Notes: a model not told the origin generated them from the letters alone. A stretch of DNA of 64,000 bases from a bacterium BMS3Bbin10 (GCA_002897995.1 BDTT01000024.1:20579-84578), one strand, 5' to 3'. Positions 42,934 through 55,198 are shown, counted from the stretch's first letter. Numbers and translations are program-made.

Positions 42934-43179
42934 ATGCCCATGGACGAAAATGAAATCACGCGGCTGATCAAGAAGAATCTGCCGGACGCGGAAGTTTCGG
43001 TCCGCGACCTGGCCAGTGACGGCGTTCATTACGCGGCGACAGTTGTTTCGGAAGCGTTTCGTGGTAAGTCCCGGGTGCAGCAGCACCAGCTGGTTTACGA
43101 GGCGCTGGAAGGCAATATGGGCGGCGCGCTACACGCGCTGGCCCTTCAGACCTCGGTTCCGGACTCGAAGAAGGATTGA
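42934..43179 (+). CDS. BolA-family protein
   Basis: GVHYAATVVSEAFRGKSRVQQHQLVY...HALAL pattern. Adjacent to a monothiol glutaredoxin. Confidence 0.85.
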   Translation: MPMDENEITRLIKKNLPDAEVSVRDLASDGVHYAATVVSEAFRGKSRVQQHQLVYEALEGNMGGALHALALQTSVPDSKKD

Positions 43180-43187
43180 ATTAGATT

Positions 43188-43538
43188 ATGAGCGAACAAA
43201 AAATACATGACTGGATCGGGAAAAAGGTCGCCAATGAAGACGTGGTGCTGTTCATGAAGGGCACCCGGCAGTTTCCCCAATGCGGCTTTTCAAGCCAGGT
43301 CGTGCAGATCATGGAGTATCTCGGCCTCGAATATTCAGAGGTGAATGTGCTTGATGACCTGAGCATTCGCGACGGCATCAAGACTTACACCAACTGGCCG
43401 ACCATCCCGCAGCTTTACGTCAAAGGCGAGTTCGTGGGCGGCTGCGACATCATTCGCGAAATGTTTCAGGATGGCGAGTTGCAGGAGTTGCTGACGGCCA
43501 AGGGGATTGCGCACAACAAACAGACGCAAACCGCCTGA
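43188..43538 (+). CDS. grxD: Monothiol glutaredoxin (Grx4 family)
   Basis: VVLFMKGTRQFPQCGFS active site, WPTIPQLYVKGEFVGGCDI. Confidence 0.92.
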   Translation: MSEQKIHDWIGKKVANEDVVLFMKGTRQFPQCGFSSQVVQIMEYLGLEYSEVNVLDDLSIRDGIKTYTNWPTIPQLYVKGEFVGGCDIIREMFQDGELQELLTAKGIAHNKQTQTA

Positions 43539-43567
43539 CGCAGACCGGAAGTTTTCCACGACCAAAG

Positions 43568-43604
43568 CACCCTCCCGGCTTGAGCCTGGAGGGTGTTTGC
43601 GTTT
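43568..43604 (+). terminator. Rho-independent terminator after grxD
   Basis: caccctcc(cggcttgagcct)ggagggtg stem-loop followed by tttgcgttt. Confidence 0.7.
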
Positions 43605-43743
43605 CCGGCGCGGCGCGCGTTAGATCGCTTCATGTTTTGATGGAATCAAAACCGCGATCCAGCTCTTTGGTTATGCGTATCATTCTTCCGATAACCGGTT
43701 CCCATCCCCGCCTTCGCGGGGACATGCTTGTCGGTGATACGCC

Positions 43744-44361
43744 CTAGCGCGAGTAATACTCGATCACCAGATTGGGCTCCATCATCGCCGGATAGGGCAC
43801 ATCCGACAGAACCGGCATCCGGTTGAGGCTCGATTTGAGCTTGGAGTGATCGGTATCGAGGTAATCGGGCACATCGCGTTCGGAACTCTGGGTGGCCTCC
43901 AGCACCAGCGCCAGATCGCGTGATTTCTCCCTGATCTCGACGACGTCGCCGACTTTGCAGCGAAAGCTGGGGATGTTCACCCGCCGGCCATTGACGAGAA
44001 CGTGGCCGTGATTGATGACCTGGCGCGCGGAGAATACGGTCGGCACGAATTTCGACCGGTAGATGACCGCATCAAGGCGGCGCTCCAGCAAGGCGATCAG
44101 ATTTTCGCTGGTATCGCCTTTCTGGCGCTCGGCCTCGCGGTAAATGGCCTTGAACTGCTTTTCGGTGATGTTGCCGTAATAGCCCTTGAGCTTCTGTTTG
44201 GCCCTGAGCTGAACGCCATAGTCCGATGTTTTGCCACGGCGCCGCTGGCCATGTTCGCCCGGCCCGTATTCGCGTTTGTTTATCGGGCTTTTCGGGCGTC
44301 CCCAGATGTTTTCGCCAAGGCGGCGATCAATCTTGTACTTGGCGCGAATGCGCTTTGTCAT
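43744..44361 (-). CDS. rpsD: 30S ribosomal protein S4
   Basis: [26 protein letters not shown]...; GAGGAG Shine-Dalgarno before ATG 44361. Confidence 0.97.
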   Translation of the reverse strand: MTKRIRAKYKIDRRLGENIWGRPKSPINKREYGPGEHGQRRRGKTSDYGVQLRAKQKLKGYYGNITEKQFKAIYREAERQKGDTSENLIALLERRLDAVIYRSKFVPTVFSARQVINHGHVLVNGRRVNIPSFRCKVGDVVEIREKSRDLALVLEATQSSERDVPDYLDTDHSKLKSSLNRMPVLSDVPYPAMMEPNLVIEYYSR

Positions 44362-44578
44362 TTCAAACTCCTCGATAGCGTTCTGCAAACATAGAACGCC
44401 CCTTCCTCTGCCTCGGCCGCGGATAACGCAGGCGTTCAGCTGACAGGTGATGCCGGTATGCCGGCACCGCCACAGGTGCGTACCAGAAAGCGGGCCAATT
44501 CCGGACCGCGCCGCTCTGTTACACGCAATAATGGCCAGGTGTCAAATACAGCGCCACAGCCCTGAACCTCAACAGACC

Positions 44579-45139
44579 CTAGTTAGGCTCCTGAAGATAG
44601 GCCTCGATGGCGGCCGTCACGCGTGCACTCTCCTCGGGCGGGCAATTATACTTCTTCTGCGCATCATTTTCGCCGTCAGTCTTGCCTTCAGCCTCATTAC
44701 CGGCCGTAAATCCACCCGTCATCACCAGTCCGGCCGCGATATGAAGCCTGTGAATGAACCTGATCTGGTTTGCGGACCATTTTCCGAGCGCCTTTTCCTT
44801 GGCCATCATTTTCCTGAAGTTCTGGACTTCAAGTTTTTGCAGGCCGCAAAGCTTGGCGTTCGTGGAGCGCATGGCCACACGGATAATCCGGCGGGCATCC
44901 TCGACCGGGATCATGAATTTGCTCGAATCGCTCCGGTCAAGAACAATTTCCTTCCCGTCCTTGCCCTTGATTTTGTCCGGCACCGCCGCAAATGCCCAGC
45001 CCATGATTACTCGCACGGTCCGGTCGCTCGGCGACTTCTTTGCCTTGGTATTCTGGGCGATGGCGGAAGGCGACCAAACCAGGGCGAGCCCCAGTCCGAG
45101 CGCAACCACGCAAGCCTTACTGAACACAGTTCTTTTCAT
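44579..45139 (-). CDS. Secreted hypothetical protein (186 aa)
   Basis: Signal peptide MKRTVFSKACVVALGLGLALVWSPSAIA. No family recognised. Confidence 0.55.
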   Translation of the reverse strand: MKRTVFSKACVVALGLGLALVWSPSAIAQNTKAKKSPSDRTVRVIMGWAFAAVPDKIKGKDGKEIVLDRSDSSKFMIPVEDARRIIRVAMRSTNAKLCGLQKLEVQNFRKMMAKEKALGKWSANQIRFIHRLHIAAGLVMTGGFTAGNEAEGKTDGENDAQKKYNCPPEESARVTAAIEAYLQEPN

Positions 45140-45214
45140 TCCCAACCCTCGCGTCAATTTGGGCGGCAAGCTAACACCGTTCGCCGCCATCGCAATACTA
45201 AAATCGGGGCATAA

Positions 45215-46030
45215 CTAAGGCACTTTGTCCCGGTGCCTGTGCGCCCTCGCCAAAGAAGAAACAACGCCCCTTAACGTTCGCACCTCCTGCTCGCTCGCTC
45301 CCATACGTTGAAACAGGTTACGCAGGTTACGAATCATCTGCGGCCGCTTCTCCGGCGGACGAAGAAACCCCGATATATCTAGCTCACGCTCAAGATGTTC
45401 AAAAAAGCCGACCATCTCTCCTCGTGTCGCGGGGCGCGTGCGGAGCATTTGCACGCCCTCGCGGCCCGGCCCGTCAAACGCCGTTTCCCGGCCGAGCACG
45501 CCGCTTTCTTCCTGCTTCAGCCATTCATAGCCCATGATGAGTACGGCCTGCGCAAGATTAAGAGAAGCGAAGCGCGGGTTGACCGGCACCATGACCATAA
45601 CATCCGCCAGGGCGATATGGTCGTTCTCCAGTCCCGCTTTCTCACAGCCGAACATAATACCGCATTTCTGTCCGGCCCTGCTCCGGCTCCGCATTTCCGA
45701 TGCGGCGCCTTGCGGCGCCGATATCTGCTTCACACTGTCGCGCATGCGCGCCGTGGTCGCGCAGACAAAATGCAAATCGGCGACCGCCGCGCCGACATCT
45801 TCATAGATATGCGCATCTTCGATAATCCAGCTCGCGCCGGCGGCGGCCGACCATGCCTCCTTGTTCGGCCATTGCTCACGCGGCGCCACAAGCCTCAGAT
45901 CATCAAGCGAAAAATTGGCCATCGCACGCGCCGCCATGCCGATATTCTCGCCCAGCTGAGGCTCAACCAGGATAATTGCCGGACTTTGGCAGGCCGGAGA
46001 TGCTTCGGTTTTTAGAGTTTCTGAAGTCAT
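45215..46030 (-). CDS. SpoU/TrmH-family RNA 2'-O-methyltransferase (TrmJ-like)
   Basis: [22 protein letters not shown] and [13 protein letters not shown]...VPVNP...SLNLAQAV motifs. Confidence 0.85.
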   Translation of the reverse strand: MTSETLKTEASPACQSPAIILVEPQLGENIGMAARAMANFSLDDLRLVAPREQWPNKEAWSAAAGASWIIEDAHIYEDVGAAVADLHFVCATTARMRDSVKQISAPQGAASEMRSRSRAGQKCGIMFGCEKAGLENDHIALADVMVMVPVNPRFASLNLAQAVLIMGYEWLKQEESGVLGRETAFDGPGREGVQMLRTRPATRGEMVGFFEHLERELDISGFLRPPEKRPQMIRNLRNLFQRMGASEQEVRTLRGVVSSLARAHRHRDKVP

Positions 46031-46244
46031 TTACGCAGATGCTGTGGCCAGAGATTCGACGGTTGCGCGAGACAGACGAAATCCACCTGTCTCCACCCAA
46101 CGTTTCCTTCCTTATCGACCGCCACAATGCTATAGGGAGGCCGCAATCGCAACGGCCCGCCGCGACCCTGGCGGGAGAGTAACACACCCCATTCACAAAG
46201 CGCGGACCACGGACGCAGTCCATATTTTCGGAGACCAGAGCAAA

Positions 46245-47459
46245 ATGGAAAAAATCAAAGTCGAAAACCCGGTCGTCGAACTGGACGGCGATGAAATGAC
46301 ACGGATCATCTGGAAGTTCATCAAGGACAAGCTGATCCACCCCTATCTCGATATCGACCTCAAATATTACGATCTGGGAATAGAGTACCGCGACGCCACG
46401 GACGACCAGGTCACAATCGATGCCGCCGAGGCCATCAAGAAATACGGCGTCGGGGTCAAATGCGCCACCATCACGCCGGATGAGGCGCGGGTCGAGGAGT
46501 TTGGCCTGAAAAAAATGTGGCGCTCGCCCAATGGCACCATCCGCAATATTCTGGGCGGCGTGATTTTCCGCGAGCCGATCATTTGCAGCAATGTCCCGCG
46601 TCTGGTGCCGGGCTGGACCGAGCCCATTATCATCGGCCGCCACGCCTTCGGCGACCAGTACCGCGCCACCGACTTCGTCGTGCCCGGCAAGGGCAAAATG
46701 ACGGTCACATGGGAGGCGGAGGACGGATCGGACAAGATCGAACGGGAAGTCTTCGATTTTCCGGGCGGCGGCGTGGCCATGGCCATGTACAATCTCGACG
46801 ACTCGATCCGCGATTTCGCCCGCGCCTGCATGAACTATTCGCTCGACCGCAAACTCCCGCTCTACATGTCGACGAAAAATACCATCCTCAAAGCCTATGA
46901 CGGCCGTTTCAAGGATCTGTTCCAGGAGGTCTTCGAGGCTGAGTTTCAGGACAGGTTCAAGGAAGCCGGCCTGACATATGAACACCGGCTGATCGACGAC
47001 ATGGTTGCGGCCGCGCTCAAATGGTCGGGCGGATATATCTGGGCCTGCAAAAACTATGACGGCGACGTGCAGTCGGATATCGTGGCGCAGGGCTTCGGAT
47101 CGCTCGGCCTCATGACCAGCGTCCTGATAACACCGGACGGCAAGACAGTGGAATCCGAAGCCGCGCACGGCACCGTAACCCGCCATTTCCGCGCCCATGA
47201 ACGGGGCGAGGAAACCTCCACGAATTCAACCGCTTCAATATTCGCATGGACACGCGGGCTGATGCACAGGGCCAAGCTGGACAATAATGACCGGCTGGCA
47301 AAGTTCGCGCAGACCCTCGAGGAGGTCGTCATCAACACCATCCAGTCCGGATATATGACAAAGGACCTGGCATTGCTGGTCGGCGATGACCAGGCCTGGC
47401 AATCCACCACCGGATTTCTCGACAAGATCGACGAAAATCTGCAAAAGGCGATGGCCTAG
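46245..47459 (+). CDS. icd: NADP-dependent isocitrate dehydrogenase (homodimeric, eukaryote-like type)
   Basis: [23 protein letters not shown]...TITPDEARV...[12 protein letters not shown] at 46245; the upstream part of ORF 46044.. is an extension. Confidence 0.95.
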   Translation: MEKIKVENPVVELDGDEMTRIIWKFIKDKLIHPYLDIDLKYYDLGIEYRDATDDQVTIDAAEAIKKYGVGVKCATITPDEARVEEFGLKKMWRSPNGTIRNILGGVIFREPIICSNVPRLVPGWTEPIIIGRHAFGDQYRATDFVVPGKGKMTVTWEAEDGSDKIEREVFDFPGGGVAMAMYNLDDSIRDFARACMNYSLDRKLPLYMSTKNTILKAYDGRFKDLFQEVFEAEFQDRFKEAGLTYEHRLIDDMVAAALKWSGGYIWACKNYDGDVQSDIVAQGFGSLGLMTSVLITPDGKTVESEAAHGTVTRHFRAHERGEETSTNSTASIFAWTRGLMHRAKLDNNDRLAKFAQTLEEVVINTIQSGYMTKDLALLVGDDQAWQSTTGFLDKIDENLQKAMA

Positions 47460-47498
47460 AGCGGTTCCGTCTTTGACGGAATCGCTCCAGATTTTTTT
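47459..47498 (+). terminator. Rho-independent terminator of icd
   Basis: gagcggttccgtc ttt gacggaatcgctc stem-loop followed by the T run in cagattttttt. Confidence 0.75.
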
Positions 47499-47542
47499 CG
47501 CTCACGACCTATCCGCGCTTCGCGCGGGTCTGCGCGGGCGCG
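47499..47542. repeat. Dispersed GC-rich repeat (cgctcacg..ccgc..ttcgcg..ctgcgcgggcgcg), copy 1
   Basis: Aligns by eye with 55199-55238 at roughly 85% identity with small indels. Confidence 0.6.
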
Positions 47543-47622
47543 GCGCAGGCGCATAAGCGCCGGGCCGCAGCCGCGGCCTTACCGTTTCCGTTAAGAACAG
47601 AAACGGTCTAAAGCCTGCTGCC

Positions 47623-48817
47623 TCAGCGTTTGGTTTTGCCCGCCTTCAGCCGCGCTTCGGCCACACGGCGCACGTGGGACACGAGCTCGGGTTCACTGTG
47701 GCACAGCCGTTCGAAGTCCAACTTGTCGAGCACCAGGAGCCGGCAATTTGTGACCGCCGTCACATTGTGCTCACGCCGGCGCCGGTAGAGCAGCGCCATC
47801 TCACCGAAAAAATCACCCTCCCCCAGCCTGACCTGCCCCTCTCCGGTTTCCACGGCCACCTCACCCGAAGAGATAAAGAACATCGCGTCGGCATCGTCTC
47901 CGATGCGCATAATAGGTTCACCGGCCACGTAGCTGCGCGAGTAGAGCATGGCTCCGATCCGGGCGACGACCGTAGCCTCCAGTTGCGCGAACAGGGGCAC
48001 GCGCGCCACCATACCCCAGGTGATAACGAATTCACGGCGGTTGGCCTCCTGGCTGAAACCGGTCGCAATAATTCCGATGGGAAGGGCAAACATTCCAAGG
48101 CCGAAAATCATAATCAGCCCGCCGAAGGCCTTGCCGAGCGAAGTCACGGGCGTGACATCGCCATAGCCAACGGTTGTGAGGGTCGCGAGCGCCCACCATG
48201 CGGCGGACGGGATGCTGCCGAACACCTCCGGCTGGACATTGCGCTCGATGAAATACATGCCGGAGCTGGCGAACAACAACAATGCCAGCATCACCAGAAG
48301 AGCCCCGAAAAGAGCTCGCCTTTCATTGGCGATCACACGCCCCAGGGCGACAAGCGCGGGCGAATAGCGCGCCAGCTTGAGGAAGCGGAACAGCCTCAGG
48401 ACCCGCAGAACGCGCAGATCGACGCCAATCAGAAACCCCAGATAGAAGGGCAGAATAGCAATCAGATCGATGATCAGAAGCGGGCGCATTGCGAATTTCA
48501 GGCGTGCGCGCCATGGCCGCTGGGCGCGCAGCAACGGCATCTCGGTGCAGCTCCACAGACGAAGCACGTATTCAACCGAAAAGATCGCTACGGAAACAAG
48601 ATTGAACAGCTCAAACAAGTTTCTGTAGCGCGGCCCGACATCCGGCATGGTTTCGGCCGCAAAAGCGGCCACATTAAGCAGGATCAGAGTCACGAGGATT
48701 GTATTGACGAGCCGCGTTACAGGATCATGCTCCGACCCGTATTCCAGAATGTCGTGGATCCGCTGGCGCAGACTCACAGGCCCGGGCGGGGAAGGTGACA
48801 TCTCGTTTGACAGGCCG

Positions 48818-48825
<8 letters not shown>
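47623..48825 (-). CDS. Cyclic-nucleotide-gated potassium channel (MlotiK1-like)
   Basis: Six TM segments with an Arg-repeat S4 ([16 protein letters not shown]), the TTVGYGD selectivity filter and a C-terminal cNMP-binding domain ([10 protein letters not shown]...NVTAVT). Start is GTG 48825 or ATG 48801. Confidence 0.85.
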
Positions 48826-51490
<2,665 letters not shown>

Positions 51491-51650
51491 GGATGTGAAT
51501 TGCCTGTTATCTTTTGCTCTCGCGGACGCTCCTGATCCGGAGGCCCATAAATATACACCCCGTTCTTACTTAGGGCCCATGGCCCTGTCCAGCAGCCCTG
51601 ACAGCTTGCTCCTCTCGGCGGCGCCGTTTCAATGCCATGAGGAACTCCCA

Positions 51651-51686
51651 ATAAAAACCCGGGCGCTCTGGGGAAGCGCCCGGGTC
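51651..51686 (-). terminator. Rho-independent terminator downstream of recA
   Basis: Minus strand forms the cccgggcgc(ttccccaga)gcgcccggg stem followed by tttttatt, about 175 nt after the recA stop. Confidence 0.6.
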
Positions 51687-51860
51687 TTCGCTGGAGGAGG
51701 GTCTTTGCGTGTGGTGTGGGGGGGCAAGACCCTTCTTGGGGAAACCTGTTTCTCCACCGCCTTATTCAGCAAACCGAAGGTCATCGAATATGGCGCGGCA
51801 ATTCGCCTTCTATGCATTTTCCGGGGGAAACCCCGCGCGTGGTTTTCTTCAGAAAACGCT

Positions 51861-53066
51861 CTAGCCTGTTTTGGCGTCCTTGGCGTCCTTGGCGGCTTTG
51901 GCATCCTTTGCGCCAGAGGCCTTGCCGCCAGGAACTTTGGTGCCTGAAAGGGTCTCGACATTTGAAGTCCCGGCGGGCGCAATGTCCTTGGCCCCCGGCT
52001 CAATGCCCTCATCTTCGGTTTCGCCGCTCTCAAGCTCCTGCCCGGAAAGACCGGCATCGCGGCGGATTTTCAACTCGATTTCCTGCGCCATTTCCGGATT
52101 TTCCAGCAAATATGTCTTGGCGTTTTCACGGCCCTGACCGATCCGCGTTGAGTCATAGGAATACCAGGACCCGGATTTATCGACGACGCCGGCCTTGACG
52201 CCAAGGTCGATCAGCTCGCCGGTCTTGGAAATGCCCTCGCCATACATGATGTCGAACTCAACCTGCCGGAAGGGCGGCGCGACCTTGTTCTTGACGACCT
52301 TGACGCGGGTCTGGTTGCCGACCACCTCGTCGCGGTCCTTGATCTGGCCGATGCGGCGGATGTCGAGGCGTACCGAAGAATAGAATTTGAGCGCGTTGCC
52401 TCCGCTCGTGGTTTCAGGTGAACCGAACATGACGCCGATCTTCATGCGGATCTGGTTGATGAAGATGACCATGCAGCGGGACTTTGAAATGGAGCCGGTG
52501 AGTTTCCTCAGGGCCTGGCTCATCAGCCGCGCCTGCAAACCGGGCAAACTATCGCCCATCTCCCCTTCAAGCTCCGCGCGCGGGGTCAGCGCGGCAACCG
52601 AATCGATGACCAGCACGTCAATGGCCCCGGATCTTACAAGCGTATCGGTGATCTCGAGCGCCTGCTCGCCGGTATCGGGCTGGGAAATCAGCAGATCCTC
52701 GACGCAGACGCCGAGTTTCCTCGCGTAAATGGGATCGAGCGCGTGTTCCGCATCGATAAAGGCGCACACCCCGCCCTGCTTTTGCGCCTCGGCCAGCGCG
52801 TGCAGCGCGAGCGTCGTCTTGCCGGAAGATTCCGGCCCGTAGATTTCAACGACCCGCCCGCGCGGCAACCCGCCAATCCCGAGCGCGATATCGAGGCCGA
52901 GGGAACCGGACGAAATCGCCTCGATCTCGACCAGCGGTTCGCCCTGCCCGAGCCGCATCACCGATCCCTTGCCGAACGAGCGTTCGATCTGGGCCAGCGC
53001 GTCGGAAAGCGCCTTCTCCTTGTCCATATTGTCCCCCTCAACGAGGCGAAGTGCAGCTTCTGACAT
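51861..53066 (-). CDS. recA: Recombinase RecA with an unusual ~40-aa C-terminal extension
   Basis: [40 protein letters not shown], Walker [20 protein letters not shown] Shine-Dalgarno before ATG 53066. The tail ends in [15 protein letters not shown]. Confidence 0.97.
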   Translation of the reverse strand: MSEAALRLVEGDNMDKEKALSDALAQIERSFGKGSVMRLGQGEPLVEIEAISSGSLGLDIALGIGGLPRGRVVEIYGPESSGKTTLALHALAEAQKQGGVCAFIDAEHALDPIYARKLGVCVEDLLISQPDTGEQALEITDTLVRSGAIDVLVIDSVAALTPRAELEGEMGDSLPGLQARLMSQALRKLTGSISKSRCMVIFINQIRMKIGVMFGSPETTSGGNALKFYSSVRLDIRRIGQIKDRDEVVGNQTRVKVVKNKVAPPFRQVEFDIMYGEGISKTGELIDLGVKAGVVDKSGSWYSYDSTRIGQGRENAKTYLLENPEMAQEIELKIRRDAGLSGQELESGETEDEGIEPGAKDIAPAGTSNVETLSGTKVPGGKASGAKDAKAAKDAKDAKTG

Positions 53067-53119
53067 CAATCCCTCTCCTTATTTCACATCTCACGCCGGA
53101 CTGGCAATTGAATCCAAAT

Positions 53120-53134
53120 GTACATGATTTGTTC
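53120..53134. promoter_or_regulatory. LexA (SOS) box, alphaproteobacterial type, one mismatch (GTAC-N7-GTTC)
   Basis: gtacatgatttgttc, 54 nt upstream of the recA ATG. Confidence 0.55.
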
Positions 53135-53187
53135 CATTTTGCAAGCAGCGAGTTAAGAAACTGATAATGCCGGGGATTTGGCGGCGT

Positions 53188-53202
53188 GTTCCGGGGATGT
53201 TC
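53188..53202. promoter_or_regulatory. LexA (SOS) box, perfect GTTC-N7-GTTC
   Basis: gttccggggatgttc. Tandem GTTC-N7-GTTC motifs upstream of recA are the established alphaproteobacterial SOS operator. Confidence 0.7.
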
Positions 53203-53345
53203 GAGGTTTTTTGTTGATGGCCTCCAAACTCGAACACCCTTCCGTGCAGATTTGGACGCATGCCTGACACATGCCTCATGAGGAATCATTTGTTAAAGTA
53301 TTACGTGCAACCTAACCGCGTTGAGTTGTGCAGGAGTACATTGTG

Positions 53346-53558
53346 ATGGTTATAACCACTAGAACAGCCGTATCAGACATTGAACGGCGTCATGACGAAC
53401 TGGCGGATTGGTTGCAGCGGCGTGCTGCCCATAGCATCAAAGATCAGAACCATCTCGATGAAGGCTCAATAGCCCAGACCTACTGGCACTACGGTTACCT
53501 TATGGCGACTAAGGACGTGCTCGCGCTACTGGGTAACGCGAGCACGCCTCGTCACTAA
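53346..53558 (+). CDS. Hypothetical 70-aa helical protein (low-GC islet)
   Basis: AGGAG at 53332-53336 precedes GTG 53343 / ATG 53346. Product is MVITTRTAVSDIERRHDELADWLQRRAAHSIKDQNHLDEGSIAQTYWHYGYLMATKDVLALLGNASTPRH. No family recognised. Confidence 0.5.
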   Translation: MVITTRTAVSDIERRHDELADWLQRRAAHSIKDQNHLDEGSIAQTYWHYGYLMATKDVLALLGNASTPRH

Positions 53559-53896
53559 TCAAACACCTTACACACAGGGCACTTCCAGCCGCTTCCTGCG
53601 GGCCGGGCCGGGTGGATGGTGTTATCACGCGGGTTGAAGTCATGATACAGACGACACTCCTTCATGAAGGCAGCCTTCGGAGAGTCGTAGTATTCATATT
53701 TGAACCGCTTATACTTACCAATGTGATCGCGGAGGCGCCTCGCCACGTCCGCATCTGCCCGCCCTACATAGTGAATGTAGTACGATTGGTCTTTGGTGTG
53801 TCCAAGAGCATATGCCCCGGCTGAGGTGCGGGTGACATTATTGCTAATGCCATCGCTGGTGAGCGGGAAAGAACCCCGCAGTCCTGAAGTAGCCAT
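53555..53896 (-). CDS. GIY-YIG-like small nuclease-domain protein (113 aa) with a C-terminal CPVC motif
   Basis: AAAGGAG Shine-Dalgarno 6 nt before ATG 53896. The pattern GAY-x13-YVGR, RRLRDH, ECRLYH, N..HP fits the GIY-YIG order of conserved residues. Recognition is by eye only. Confidence 0.5.
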   Translation of the reverse strand: MATSGLRGSFPLTSDGISNNVTRTSAGAYALGHTKDQSYYIHYVGRADADVARRLRDHIGKYKRFKYEYYDSPKAAFMKECRLYHDFNPRDNTIHPARPAGSGWKCPVCKVFD

Positions 53897-54018
53897 TTCT
53901 GGCTCCTTTCAAATGCGGAGTCGAGACTTGACAGCCAGCCCAACAGCGCTCAATTTGCGCTGGTTACATGAGTTGCCCCGCGCCCGACTCCTAGGCTGAA
54001 GGTGCGGGAAAACAGATT

Positions 54019-54057
54019 GGAGCCGCCCGGATGCCTCTTGGCGGCTCCTTTCTATTT
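54019..54057 (+). terminator. Rho-independent terminator with no upstream CDS on its strand (3' end of a candidate sRNA)
   Basis: Perfect 9-bp stem ggagccgcc / ggcggctcc with a 12-nt loop, followed by tttctattt. Confidence 0.6.
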
Positions 54058-54192
54058 GTCAAAATCGATTCGTCTGCTATCTGCGGCAATTTGTCAAGAT
54101 GTTGTGCTTAACCGTGAACACATTGGCAACTTTATCCCATATGTAGCATATGATTTGCGGAGTAACCTGTGGATTTATTGCATAAAAAAACT

Positions 54193-54259
54193 GTCATTCC
54201 GGTGAAATCCGGAATCCAGCACAGATACGCCACACGTACCGCCGCTAAAACCTGGATCC
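54193..54259. repeat. Dispersed REP/MITE-like element, copy C
   Basis: gtcattccggtgaaatccggaatccag...gccacac..accgccgctaaa..ctggatc parallels 15986-16051. Confidence 0.8.
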
Positions 54260-54592
54260 CGGATCGCGCGGCGGATTGAGTCCTGTGCCATACCCGTCGC
54301 CCGGGCCGCCGCTTGTCCGGGATGACGAGTGGAGCAAGATCGTCCGCCATACGCCATCGTCATTCCCGCTCCCCCCCGGGCCTGACCCGGGGGTCCATGC
54401 GGCCTGACGGCAATCATCGGGGCGGGCTGTGACTCAGCATGGATTACCGGGACAAGCCCGGTAATGACGAAGTGGGAGGGAATGCCGAGTTGGATACATT
54501 TCCCCGTCATCACCCGACTTGATCGGGTGATCCAGTAGCCACCGGGGGTGAATTGAACCGTAAGGTCGGAGGATACTGGATCCTCCGGTCAA

Positions 54593-54675
54593 GCCGGAGG
54601 ATGACAAAGAGAGGGCCGGAGGATGACAAAGAAAGGGGCCGGAGGATGACAAAGAGAGGGGCCGGAGGATGACAA
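54593..54675. repeat. Tandem 22-23-bp repeat x3 plus a truncated fourth unit (gccggaggatgacaaagagagg)
   Basis: Units counted at 54593, 54615, 54638 and 54661. The unit is one arm of the adjacent hairpin tcctccgg tcaag ccggagga (54581-54601). Confidence 0.9.
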
Positions 54676-55198
54676 TCCCCCCCTTTGTCACTCCCGAACA
54701 AGCCCGGTAATGACAAGATGGGGGCTGCCCCCTCCCCGCAAGTGGAGGGGGAAAAACTAATCCCCGCCCTCGCCCGCGCCCCTAAACTCCCCGCCATTCC
54801 TTCCCGCATAAGGGACGAGCTGCAGACCGTCTGTTCTCGTGGAAGGGATGCGGCTTTTGCGGTGAAAGAGATAACGGCTCTTTTGCCCCGAACGTGCCGT
54901 CCCGGACCCGGGGGTAATACGGCCCCCGCGCCGAAGTGCTAGGGTTTTTTGTTTGCGCTACCGCGCTTCGCGCTACTTGAGCGCGTTTACGTCCTCATGT
55001 AGCCGACAGGCGGTAGGACAACTAAAAACCTTCAAGACGCCGGGCGGAATTCGAAAAGACGCCGCGCGGGGCGCTGAGAAGCGGCCTTAAAATTACGGAA
55101 GCGGTCGCGTTTCAGCGCCCTGCGGCCCTTGAGGGTTTGACCTCCTCGCGTTCATTGAGCGGCGAGGCGTGCAAGTGTGCCTTGAGCGGGGTTTATTG

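Noticed and set aside
54593-54675. CRISPR-like appearance of regularly repeated 22-23-bp units
   Set aside because: The units are directly contiguous with no spacers. There are only four copies and no cas genes. The unit is half of an adjacent REP hairpin, so this is a tandem repeat and not a CRISPR array.
54132-54942. ORFs of 72-112 aa in the REP desert (54132-54350, 54175-54513, 54434-54691, 54510-54809, 54685-54942)
   Set aside because: Each is composed largely of translated palindromic repeats (VIPVKSGIQ-, PGLTRGS- and ILRPLSLSSSGP-type peptides). They lack Shine-Dalgarno sequences and overlap one another.
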